Shown: piece after piece, positions 20,949-31,082 of the stretch
Layout: each line of letters starts with the position of its first letter
Position numbering within the stretch: position 1 is the stretch's first letter
Assembly: GCA_963705305.1 (NCBI GenBank)
Contig: OY970067.1
Coordinates: 2,976,001-3,040,000, forward strand
Source: an uncultured Methylomirabilota bacterium
Lineage (GTDB): Bacteria > Methylomirabilota > Methylomirabilia > Methylomirabilales > 2-02-FULL-66-22
DNA length: 64,000 bases
Reading direction: 5' to 3'
The notes under the pieces: generated by a model
Databases searched by the model: none
Told to the model about the DNA's origin: nothing
Seen by the model: only the letters and a program-made list of their open reading frames with translations
Program-made: the position numbers and the translations under genes

Positions 20949-21596
20949 ATGCGCTGCCGGGTGATGGGTGGCAACAGGCGCGGGTGGGTCGCCCGTGCCT
21001 GGGCGGTGTGGGCCTGTCTGCTGCTGGCGGGGTGCGCCACCACGCCGAACCCCCGGGGAGAGCTGGCAATCCGCCCGGACGTCCAGCACCAGACCACCTC
21101 CCAGGTGGTGGGGGACGCGGTCGTGGCCTCGCTCGGGGGAGCCACGGTGACCGTCCGGTGGCTGGCCGAGGCGGACGCGGCGCGGTACTACGCGGCTCGG
21201 CCGGGGCTGGTCGATCCCTGGCCACCCGACCTCTGGAAGGAGTCGCCGCCGACGATCTTCCTCCTGCGGGTGCGCAATACGACCCCAGGGGAGCTGCAGT
21301 TCGATCCCGGCATGGTGTCGCTGGTTGCCCCGAGTGGCCAACCCGAGCGGACCATCCCGTATGAAGAAATGTACATGCGGCTGTCGGAGACCAAGGACTC
21401 GGGGGCCCGCCTGGTCAGCCTGCAGGCGACGATGTTCAGCCGCTTTGTCGTGATCCAACCCGGAGGAGAGCGAGAAGGGCTGCTGGTCTTCCGCGAGCTG
21501 GGTCCAAAAGTCAAGCACGTCCTCCTCGAGCTCAGTTCGTTCTTCGTGGAGGGGCGGGCGGTCCCCGGCCTGTTCGAGTTTCAGGTGTCTCGCTGA
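20949..21596 (+). CDS. Hypothetical lipoprotein
   Basis: LLAGC lipobox; coupled to the htpX stop. Confidence 0.65.
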   Translation: MRCRVMGGNRRGWVARAWAVWACLLLAGCATTPNPRGELAIRPDVQHQTTSQVVGDAVVASLGGATVTVRWLAEADAARYYAARPGLVDPWPPDLWKESPPTIFLLRVRNTTPGELQFDPGMVSLVAPSGQPERTIPYEEMYMRLSETKDSGARLVSLQATMFSRFVVIQPGGEREGLLVFRELGPKVKHVLLELSSFFVEGRAVPGLFEFQVSR

Positions 21597-21829
21597 CCGG
21601 CAACCGGCCGGGCGGGGTGGGCCCCGGCGGCTGCAGGCGGTTGGCGCCTCTCCCCCAGTATTCGCCGCCAAAATACTAACGGCTTCCCGGCTACACTGAC
21701 CCGCCGGCAGGGCCCGGCTGCAGCCCGCGCGGAGGCCCCGGACGTGCGCCGGAGGGCTCTTCGGCGCGGGGCTGAAGTGGTCGGCATCCGCGCCGGTCTC
21801 GTGCATGCCGATGGGAGGCCGTTGCCGCG

Positions 21830-22165
21830 TCAAACGGAGGTGGAAAGGCGGGGATGCGACCCGGCGGCAGAAGTTAGGCGCGCAAGGACGCCCGCGGCAT
21901 TCGCATCGGCGATGCGTACGACTTTCCGGCGGGCGGTCTCTCCGCGTGCGATGGTGATGTAAGACTGCGGTACGTCCAGCAGTTCCGCCAGGAAGCGGCG
22001 GCAGGCTGCGTTGGCCTCTCCATCCACAGGCGCCGCGGTCAGACGGAGAATCAGGTCCTGCGGAGACCGGAACAGGATTTCCGACCGGGAGCTTCGCGGC
22101 TGGACCCGGAGGGACAACAGCACATCGGGCCCCGCCTGCACCGCCGCCGGCAGCTCGGCGTTCAT
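21830..22165 (-). CDS. DUF167 (YggU-like) protein
   Basis: VQPRSSR...AAPVDGEAN...GETARRK; yggT/divIVA context. Confidence 0.85.
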   Translation of the reverse strand: MNAELPAAVQAGPDVLLSLRVQPRSSRSEILFRSPQDLILRLTAAPVDGEANAACRRFLAELLDVPQSYITIARGETARRKVVRIADANAAGVLARLTSAAGSHPRLSTSV

Positions 22166-22629
22166 CCTTGGGGGGCGGCCGGCTTCTCCGGCGCGGATTC
22201 CAGCAGATCCAGGTGGGTCTTGAGCAGGCCCCGCAGCTTGGCGGCAAAGAGGTCGCGCTGACGCTTCAGCTCAGCAATCTCCACCTGGACCTGGGCCAGC
22301 TTCTTGTGCGCCTGTTCCAGCAGCCGCTCGGCCTTCAGCTCGGTCTCTTTCATGAGGAGATCGGCTTCCCGCTTGGCATTCGCCTTGATCTCCTCCGTCA
22401 TCTTCTGCGCGGTCACCAGGGTGCTGCGCAGCGTTTCCTCACGCTCCTGATGCGTGTGCACCTCGGCCTCCAGCCGCTGAATCTGTCCGGCGCGGTCGTT
22501 GCTCTCCTGCAGGAGATGGGTCATCTCTTCGGCGACCTGCTCCAGGAAGGTCTGCACCTCCTCCGGATCCAGCCCGCGGAACTTCCGGCCGAACTCTCGC
22601 TGGGTGATCTCGAGCGGAGAGAATTCCAT
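22162..22629 (-). CDS. DivIVA-domain coiled-coil protein
   Basis: MEFSPLEITQREFGRKFRGLDPEEVQTFL. Confidence 0.88.
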   Translation of the reverse strand: MEFSPLEITQREFGRKFRGLDPEEVQTFLEQVAEEMTHLLQESNDRAGQIQRLEAEVHTHQEREETLRSTLVTAQKMTEEIKANAKREADLLMKETELKAERLLEQAHKKLAQVQVEIAELKRQRDLFAAKLRGLLKTHLDLLESAPEKPAAPQG

Positions 22630-22925
22630 CAGCGCATCCTCCAGGCCAGGTCGTGCAGCGTTCCCACCAGGAAAGTCTGCAGAAAATAGATCGCCAGGAT
22701 GACCACGACGGGCGAGAAGTCGATTCCAAACTGCCACGGCAGCCGGCGGCGGACGGGCGCCAGCACAGGCTCGGTGATGCGAGTGAGGAACTGCACGATC
22801 GGGTTCCAGGGATCGGGATTCACCCAGGACAGCAGCGCCCGGATGATGACGACCCACATGTACAGCCACAGCACGGTGTTCAGGATCGTGGCCAGGGCGC
22901 TCATGAAATTGCCCATCACGAACAT
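22629..22925 (-). CDS. yggT: YggT-family membrane protein
   Basis: LSWVNPDPWNPIVQFL..ITEP...IDFSP. Confidence 0.92.
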   Translation of the reverse strand: MFVMGNFMSALATILNTVLWLYMWVVIIRALLSWVNPDPWNPIVQFLTRITEPVLAPVRRRLPWQFGIDFSPVVVILAIYFLQTFLVGTLHDLAWRMR

Positions 22926-22964
22926 CGACTCGTGTCCTTCCCGCCGGAGCCCGTCCCCGCGGCC

Positions 22965-23780
<816 letters not shown>

Positions 23781-23799
23781 GTGCCGACCCCCTCGGGGT

Positions 23800-23828
23800 T
23801 TTATAGCCTTGCGTCGGGTGGAAGTCAA
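23800..23828 (-). promoter_or_regulatory. sigma70-type promoter of the proC operon
   Basis: Minus strand TTGACT (23828-23823)-N17-TATAAA (23805-23800). Confidence 0.7.
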
Positions 23829-23842
23829 GCCTCTCCGAAGCG

Positions 23843-25362
23843 CCCTAATCTCCGGCTAAGAAGTTGAGGGGGATCGCGAATCACGCAGCGGCCCGCAGTG
23901 CGCGCGGCCCGCGGGGTTGGCATCGGCCTTGCTTGGTTTCACCCAGTGGGTGCAAACACCACAAGGAGGAGAGCGATGCCCGACACCTCGCCCCGGTTGC
24001 CGTTCGAGATCGATGACGCGATCGACCCCACGCTGGTCACGGGCCGGGCCGGGGTCCCGCTCGTGATCGAGCTGTTCCGCCAGCTCGGGGTGGCCCAGGC
24101 CGTCGACACCCACGTTGCGGTCAAGCAGCGGCAGCGCGGATTACCCCCCTCGCAGCTCGTGGAGAGTCTCGTCGCGTTGTGGACGAGCGGCGGGGACCGC
24201 TGCCAGGACCTCACGACGCTCCGGGAGGATCAGGCCCTGGCCACGCTGCTCGGCTACCCCCTGCCGGCCGCGACCACGGTCCGGGACTTCCTCGAGGCCT
24301 TCCACGTGGAGGACGGGCCGCTCTGGGTGGCCGGGCCCGCGGCCACGGTCCCCCTGGAGTCCGCCCCCTTGGCGGGCCTCGGACAGGCGAACCGGACGCT
24401 GGTCGCGGGCGTCCAGCGCGGGGCCCGGGCGGCGACGGCCACCCTGGATGTGGACGCGACGCTCGTCGAGAGCCACAAGGACGCGGCGACCGTGGCCTAC
24501 GACGGGACCCGGGGCTACCAGCCCGTCGTGGTCCTCTGGGCCGAGCACGATGTCATCGTGCACGACCAGTTCCGCGATGGCCAGGTGCCCGCCGGGTGCG
24601 GCAACGTGCGCGTCCTCGAACAGGCGGTGGCCAACTTGCCCCAGGGCGTGGACCGCATCTCCCTGCGGGCCGACAGCGCCCTCTACGAGACGGAGGTCCT
24701 CCGCTGGTGCGAGGAGAAGAAAATCGCCTACGCGATTAGCGCCGATATGTCCGCGCAGCTCCAGGCCGAGATCCGGCGCCTCCCCGCGGCCGCCTGGCAG
24801 CTCGAGCGGGAGGAGCCCGAGGCGATCCGGGCCTGGGCCGAAGTCCCCTACGTCCCCGAGGATGGCGATCACCGGAAGGCGCGGCCGTGCGTTCGCCGCT
24901 ACCTCGCGGTGCGTATCCAGCGACGCCAGGGGAGCCTCTTCGCCGACGGGAGTAGCGTGCAGTACTTCGCCGTGGTCACCAATCGGCCGGAGGATGGGCT
25001 CACGATCCTCCGGTGGCACCGGGAGAAAGCAGGGACCATCGAGCACACCCATCACGTCCTCAAGACCGAGCTGGCGGCCGCCGCGCTGCCCAGTGGGAAG
25101 TTCGGGGCGAACGCCGCCTGGTTCCGGCTGAACGTGCTCACCTACAACCTGCTCACCGCGCTCAAGCGGTTGACCTTACCCGGAGATCTCCGGACCGCCC
25201 GGCCGAAGCGTCTCCGGTTCCTGCTGTTCAACACCGTCGGGAAGGTCGTCGCGCATGCCCGACGGACGCTCTTGCGGCTCTCGGGCGCCCTGCAGCACGC
25301 CTTGCTCGTCCGGGCGCGGCGCAAGATCGCCCGGCTGGCCACCGCTTAGCCGGAGATTAGGG
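23843..25362 (+). mobile_element. IS1380-family insertion sequence, copy 2 (transposase 23976-25349)
   Basis: Same length, IRs and translated ORFs as 1659-3178; 5-bp TSD AAGCG (23838-23842, 25363-25367). Confidence 0.93.
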
Positions 25363-25718
25363 AAGCGCCCGAGCCCGTGGGCCCGATCCTTGGGCGAGGG
25401 CGCGGTATCCCCGATATCCTTGTCTGGCGATCGCGCCCAAGCGGGCAGCAGCGGCGTCGATTCCGTCGCACGCCGTCGCCGCTGCCCGTTCGCCGTGCGG
25501 AGGAGGCGGTCGGCCACGCCCTGGGACGTCCGGGGACCGTCGGGAGCACGTCGCCGGTGGCCATCGGGAAAACTTGCGGGTGCGAGGGCGCTTGGGGTAT
25601 ACAAAGAGCGCCTGCATGCCGCAGCATGCAGGATTTCCCAGGCCTCCCGCCTCGTGATTCGCAGCAGGCGTACGGCGAGGGTCGGGGAGATCTACAACCT
25701 TCGCGGAGGGAGGTTCGG

Positions 25719-26636
25719 ATGGGTGATCGACGGCAGGTCCGGGTGCGGGTCCCGGCTACGGCGGCGAACCTCGGCGCAGGGTTCGATGTGCTGGGGATCG
25801 CCCTGGGCCTGTACAACGAGATCGAGGTGGAGATTGAGGGCACCGGGCTGGCCCTGCAGGTTGAGGGGGAGGGGGCCCAGCGGCTGCAGAGCCTGGCGGG
25901 ACGGAATCTCACCGTTCGGGCCGTCTCGACGACCCTCGAGCGGCTGGGGCGTCCGGCCGCCGGCCTGCGGGTGCACATGCGAAATGCGATCCCCCTGAGT
26001 CGGGGCCTGGGCAGCAGCGCCGCCGCCGCGCTGGGCGGCGTGGCGGCGGCGGCAGCGCTCGCGGGGGCGTCCCTGTCCCCGGAGGATCTGCTCGGCCTGG
26101 CGCTGCCCTTCGAAGGGCACCCCGACAACATCACTCCGGCCTTGCTGGGTGGCCTGACGGTGGCCGCCCTGGAAGCGGGGCGGGTGCGGTGTCTCAAGCT
26201 TCCCATCCCCGCCGACGTGAAGGCGATCGCCGTCGTGCCCGACTTTCATCTGCCCACGGTCAAGGCGCGGAAAGTCCTGCCCAGAATGGTGCCCCGCGAG
26301 GATGCGGTGTTCAACGTGGGCCGGGTCGCCCTTTTCCTGGGCGCGATGCAGACCGGCCGCCTGGAGCTTTTGCGCGAGGCCGTACGTGACCGCCTGCATC
26401 AACCCTATCGTGCACCGCTCATTCCCGGCATGGAGGAGGTATTGGCGGAAGGCGAGCGCGCCGGGGCGCTGGCGTGCTTCCTGAGCGGCGCCGGCCCCAC
26501 GCTGTTGGCCCTGGTCGCGGGGGACGAGCAGGAGGTGGGGGCCCGGATGGCGGCCTGCTGGAGGGCGCGGGCCAATATCTCGGCCCGGGCGGAGGTTCTC
26601 TCCATCGACCGGGCGGGACTGCAGGTGGACGGCTAG
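25719..26636 (+). CDS. thrB: Homoserine kinase
   Basis: VPATAANLGAGFD, IPLSRGLGSSAAA, EGHPDN, SGAGPT; GGAGG RBS. Confidence 0.95.
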   Translation: MGDRRQVRVRVPATAANLGAGFDVLGIALGLYNEIEVEIEGTGLALQVEGEGAQRLQSLAGRNLTVRAVSTTLERLGRPAAGLRVHMRNAIPLSRGLGSSAAAALGGVAAAAALAGASLSPEDLLGLALPFEGHPDNITPALLGGLTVAALEAGRVRCLKLPIPADVKAIAVVPDFHLPTVKARKVLPRMVPREDAVFNVGRVALFLGAMQTGRLELLREAVRDRLHQPYRAPLIPGMEEVLAEGERAGALACFLSGAGPTLLALVAGDEQEVGARMAACWRARANISARAEVLSIDRAGLQVDG

Positions 26637-26654
26637 GGCCGGTCGAGACGGGGT

Positions 26655-28128
26655 CTACGGGGCCACCGGAAGATGAACCGTGAAGGCTGTTCCCACACCC
26701 ACCTCGCTCCGCACGTCGATGGTCCCCTTGTGGTCCTCCACGATCCGGTGGGCGATGGCCATGCCGAGACCGAGCCCTTTCTCCTTGGTGGTGTAGAACG
26801 GATCGAAGATCCGCGACAGACGCTCGGGCGGGATACCCTGCCCCGTGTCGGAGATGGTCACACAGACGGCCGGCTCCGGGCGCGTGCCCGCCGGGCGGGA
26901 CACGGCGAACGTCATGGCGGGCACCGATTGCGTCGACAGCTTGAGGTCGCCCCCATTCGGCATGGCCTGCACGGCATTCGACACGAGGTTGCTGAAGCAG
27001 CGGTGGAGGCGCTTGCGATCCACCATCCCGTAGGGCAGATCGGGGTCGAATTCCCGAATGATCTTGATGCCCTGGTTCGTCGCCTGGGTTTCAAACAACT
27101 CCAGGATCTGCGAGAGGATCTCATTCAGGTTCACCGGCTCGAGCTGCACGTTCATCGGCCGTGCCAGCTCCATCATCTCTTCGATGACGGCCTGGACGCG
27201 CTCCAGCTCCCGCGGGACCACCCGGTCGAACTTCTCCCGGACGCTGGGGTCATCATGGTGCATGGACATCAGCTGAGAGAAGATCAGGATCGAGGTGAGG
27301 GGGTTCCGGATATCGTGAGCGATGCCGGCCGCCATCGTCCCCAGGGCGGCCAACCGGTCGGCTCGACGCAGGCGGTCCTCCAGCTCGCGCACGTGGGAGA
27401 GCTGGCGGCTCATCTCGTTGAAGGCGGCCGAGAGCTGGCCGAGCTCGTCGTGGGAATGCACCTCAATCTGCTGGTTGAAATCGCCGCGACCGACGGCGGC
27501 CACGCCCTGGGTGAGGGCCCGAAGAGGCTTGGTAATTCGTTCCGCCAGGACCACGGAACTTAGGCTGGAGAGAAGGACCGCCAAGAGGCCGAAGGCAACG
27601 ATCTGCCATCCGGTCCGTGTGATCTGTTTGTTCATGCCCTCCAGGGACACGCCGATGCGGACCGTTCCCCACCGTTGCGCAGAACCCTCGATCATGACCG
27701 GGACCGCCACATCGTATACGGTCTCGCTATGGGCGCCCGGGATGCTGCGCTGGCGGATCAGCGGTTTGTCCCCAGCCGCCGGCATCTCCTGGTAGTCCTG
27801 GAGAAGGTCCTTTTGGCTCAAGACATTCCGGACGCTGCTCGCGGCAACGTGCCCCTCCTTGTCCAAGACGACGGCGTATACGACGTTCAGCGCTTCTGGT
27901 AGCAACGGCTAGGCTCTGCTCCACTCCCACGTAATTGTATGTGACGAGAGAGTTAGCGCTGGCTTGGGCCAGGCCGCTGGCCAGGATAAGGGCTCGCTTT
28001 CTCACCTCCTCGACAATAGCATTCCGCTGTTCCCTTTGCGCCACGACAGCTGCGCTGCCCACGAGCAACACTACGAGCAGGTTGATGAACAAGATGAGCT
28101 TCGTTCGGATGGGGAGATGGTTGATCAT
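26655..28128 (-). pseudogene. Sensor histidine kinase (TM-periplasmic domain-TM-HAMP-HisKA-HATPase) split by a 1-nt frameshift near 27890-27905
   Basis: ORF from 28128 gives TM1 and the start of the sensor domain. ORF 27905-26655 gives the rest, including HAMP (DELGQL), H-box AHDIRNPL and G-boxes. May be a sequencing error. Confidence 0.8.
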
Positions 28129-28154
28129 GGCGGAACCGCGCCCGTAGGGTGAGC

Positions 28155-29804
28155 CTACTTCTCCTTGTTCCGATCGAACCAGATCCGTTTCATGGGGATA
28201 TAAGGGTCTCCCAGCGCGCTCACCTCGATCCCCCTCACGTAGGGCTGGAAAATCCGCTCGTAGGAATAATAGCTCAGGACTATGAGTGGTGCCAGGTTCA
28301 TAATCTCCCGCTCTGCTTCCTGATAGAGAAGAAGCTTCCTCTGGGTGTCGCTCTCGAAACGGGCCCGCTGCAAGAGGGAGTCGACGGTGCGATTGTGGAG
28401 CTGCGTGAAATTGTCGGAGCTTCGAGAGTCGAACAGCTGTCCCAGGAACGTTTCGGGATCCGGCGTGTCAGCGTACCAACTGTACCGGAAGATCGGCAGC
28501 TTTCCCGCGTAGACCCCGGCATGGTATTCGGGCCAGTTTGTGTTGTAATGGATCTCTGCGTGAATTCCCACGGCAGCCAAGTACTTGATGATGGTCTGGT
28601 GCTCGGCCACAGCCTCGTCGTTCTTCCGCGCCGACCAAATATGAATGACCGGCAGGCCCTTTCCGCCCGGGTAGCCGGCAGCGGCCAAGAGGTCGGCTGA
28701 TTTTTTGGGATCGTAAGGATAGCCGACGAGATTTGGATCATAGCCGTAGGTGCCGGGCGGAAGAATCCCAGCAGCAGGGAGGTACTGGTCGTCATAGATC
28801 TCGTGCATGAGCCTGCGGCGGTCGATCGCGTAATTGATCGCTTGGCGAACCCGCGGATCGTCGAGGGGTTTCGTGGTGGTGTTGATCCCCAAGAAGGAGA
28901 TACCAAGAATGGGGCGACGGATGAACTGGTACCTTCGATCATTAAGCAGTTGCGTGCGCATTCGTGCTGGAATGCCTGAGTCCTCGAGATTCCCGCGCTC
29001 AAACTCTTCGAACATTTTGTCGAGGTTTTCGCCGGTGAAGATCCTGTACTCCAGCCGGTTGAGCTTCGGGGGCCCCTCGAAATAATCCCGATTGGCCGAT
29101 AGGACAATCTCCTTGTTCCGGACCCATCTGACAAACTTGAAGGGTCCTGTGCCCACGGGCTCCTGCCCAAAACGATCGCCCAAGCTTTTTACCACCTCTT
29201 GCGGGACGACCTTCGCGAAGCCGACAGCCAGCGAAGCGACGAAGGGCGACTGAGACTCTGTCAGAGTGATCCGAAGGGTTAGCGGATCGAGAGCCTCCAG
29301 GCCCTCCACACGGCTGGCGCGTCCCTCAGCGAACTCCCTGGCTCCTTTGATTTTCATGAAAAGGGTGGCGCCTGCGGATTTGGTTGCGGGATCCACGATG
29401 CGGGTGAAAGAGTATACGAAGTCCTGCGCGGTCACGTCCCGCCCGTTGTGGAATTTCACCCCCTTCTTTAGCTTGAAGGTCCACACCAATCCGTCGCGCG
29501 AGGCTGTCCATGTCTCGGCGATGGCAGGCTTTATGCCGAGAGCACCGTCGAATTGAACGAGCCCGTCGAAGAGTTGGTTGGCAATGGTACGACCGTAGAT
29601 GTCGTTGGGGCGAGCGGGATCCAGGGTTACCGGATCAGTCGCCAACGGACGACGGTAGGTGTCACCTTGGTGCTCGTCTCCGGACCGGACGAATGCCTCC
29701 CCACCCACGGCAGGGCAGGGAGGTACCCCTAAGGCGGCGACAAACGCCAACAAGAAGGCGATCTTCCAGCGCCGGAAGTCACACCACGATGATCTAGGAA
29801 CCAC
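28155..29804 (-). CDS. Family-5 (OppA/DppA-like) solute-binding protein with no adjacent permease or ATPase
   Basis: TLDPA, LFDGLV, WTFKLKKGVKFHNG..VTAQD, PVGTGPF, VRQAINYAID; N-terminal signal peptide. Confidence 0.92.
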   Translation of the reverse strand: MVPRSSWCDFRRWKIAFLLAFVAALGVPPCPAVGGEAFVRSGDEHQGDTYRRPLATDPVTLDPARPNDIYGRTIANQLFDGLVQFDGALGIKPAIAETWTASRDGLVWTFKLKKGVKFHNGRDVTAQDFVYSFTRIVDPATKSAGATLFMKIKGAREFAEGRASRVEGLEALDPLTLRITLTESQSPFVASLAVGFAKVVPQEVVKSLGDRFGQEPVGTGPFKFVRWVRNKEIVLSANRDYFEGPPKLNRLEYRIFTGENLDKMFEEFERGNLEDSGIPARMRTQLLNDRRYQFIRRPILGISFLGINTTTKPLDDPRVRQAINYAIDRRRLMHEIYDDQYLPAAGILPPGTYGYDPNLVGYPYDPKKSADLLAAAGYPGGKGLPVIHIWSARKNDEAVAEHQTIIKYLAAVGIHAEIHYNTNWPEYHAGVYAGKLPIFRYSWYADTPDPETFLGQLFDSRSSDNFTQLHNRTVDSLLQRARFESDTQRKLLLYQEAEREIMNLAPLIVLSYYSYERIFQPYVRGIEVSALGDPYIPMKRIWFDRNKEK

Positions 29805-30552
29805 CGATCATTCCCTCCCTGCAAAGCGAATACGCGACAAGCGCCAGGACATCATGCACACCTATGCGTACCGGGGCACCGATCATGCGAGCGGTGGGTG
29901 AAATGTCCGTCGTGGCCGCGGCAGGGAATCCATCGTAAGCCTGAGTCTGCGACCTTGTCACAACCTCCTCGCTACTACCGCCGTGCACCTGCGAAGCCAG
30001 CAGGGGTCATGGCGGACACTTCTTCGGACACACTCTGACAACTAATAAAAGGTTGTCAAGATAAATTCACGGGGGTTGAACGCATCTGAACTGATTACAT
30101 TGTGACAGGGAGGAAACAGGGGGGACCCAATTCCTCGCCGGCGCCTCAGTCAGATGGTGGGCGCGCGCGTCCTGCGGTTCGGAATCTCGAAGTGATGAGC
30201 GAGCCACGGATGGCGAGAAAGCCGAGCGGGAAGGGTAGACGGCAGAAACAGTAGCCGGAGTTGCTTGGCCGGCTTCATTCTTGGGGAAACCCCACTTGGT
30301 TCTTCAGGGGCACTCGCCCGCCCCCGGCGTCAAAGGGGACGACAACTCGAACCGCCGAAGGGGGGCGGAATGCAGAGCGGAGCCCTTGAAGATAAGGTGT
30401 CCGCTCAAGTCTAGCCTTTCGTCCATGGACCAGTTGGCGTCGAGGCTGTTGTAGCGTTGGCGCAAGCATCCGACCGGGAGGTCGGAGAGTTGACTGGACT
30501 GCTGGCTGGTAGGCCGCCGGAGAACGAGGTATTTTTCGTGCGCACTAAACAC

Positions 30553-30583
30553 AAAAAGGGGATGAGGCTCACGCCTCATCCCC
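30553..30583 (-). terminator. Intrinsic terminator of the small peptide gene
   Basis: Minus strand GGGGATGAGGC-GTGA-GCCTCATCCCC followed by TTTTT. Confidence 0.85.
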
Positions 30584-30619
30584 GGAAGTGTCGAGTATGC
30601 TGATGTGAACTCGGTCAGG

Positions 30620-30742
30620 CTACATGCCCCCTTCGGCAAAACCGGTGCGGCTGAACACCTGGGTATTGGACTGCACTTCCATCGCCGGAACGATCGCGAG
30701 GAGGCCGATCACCACCAGCACCAGGACGATGATCTTCTTCAT
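30620..30742 (-). CDS. 40-aa secreted peptide precursor MKKIIVLVLVVIGLLAIVPAMEVQSNTQVFSRTGFAEGGM (absent from the ORF track)
   Basis: AAAAGGAG RBS 8 nt before ATG, Sec-type signal peptide, high-GC3 codons in an AT-richer spacer, own promoter and terminator. Confidence 0.85.
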   Translation of the reverse strand: MKKIIVLVLVVIGLLAIVPAMEVQSNTQVFSRTGFAEGGM

Positions 30743-30833
30743 GACGGTTTCTCCTTTTGTTCGATTTGAGATTTCCAATAAGTCCATCTTGACTCAGTTT
30801 TCGGCGTTTCGCTGTTCTCTGGGCCGGAAGTAA

Positions 30834-30849
30834 AGCAGGGCGTATGCCA
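30834..30849 (-). promoter_or_regulatory. sigma54 (-24/-12) promoter
   Basis: Minus strand TGGCATACGCCCTGCT (GG-N10-GC), about 90 bp upstream of the peptide ATG; adjacent gene is a GAFTGA activator. Confidence 0.75.
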
Positions 30850-30937
30850 TAGCAAAGCAAAAGAGGCGGGAGGTTCGGAAATTCCTGATCAATAAAGGAG
30901 TTAACCCTTTATGGAGTAGGCTAGTGCGGAATACGTG

Positions 30938-30957
30938 TTGCCTAAATTTTTAGGCAA
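30938..30957. promoter_or_regulatory. Palindromic candidate enhancer (UAS)
   Basis: TTGCCTAAA-TT-TTTAGGCAA, about 90-110 bp upstream of the -24 box; IHF-like AATAAAGGAGTTA (30891-30903) lies in between. Confidence 0.6.
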
Positions 30958-31082
30958 GTAATTGTGACAGGATCAAGGATGTATTGAGAAAAACGCTCTA
31001 ACATTCTTTTCTGAAAGGACTTATCGCAACCTTAGATTTTTTGTGCAATGTGCATAAGGAATTGAGCGACGGTGGGTTTGGC

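Noticed and set aside
25370..25718. Threonine attenuator or T-box upstream of thrB
   Set aside because: No Thr/Ile-rich leader peptide or T-box consensus seen.
30620..30742. Small ORF as an Flp/type IV pilin
   Set aside because: No G|xxxxEY prepilin motif, hydrophobic segment is N-terminal, and no tad genes nearby.
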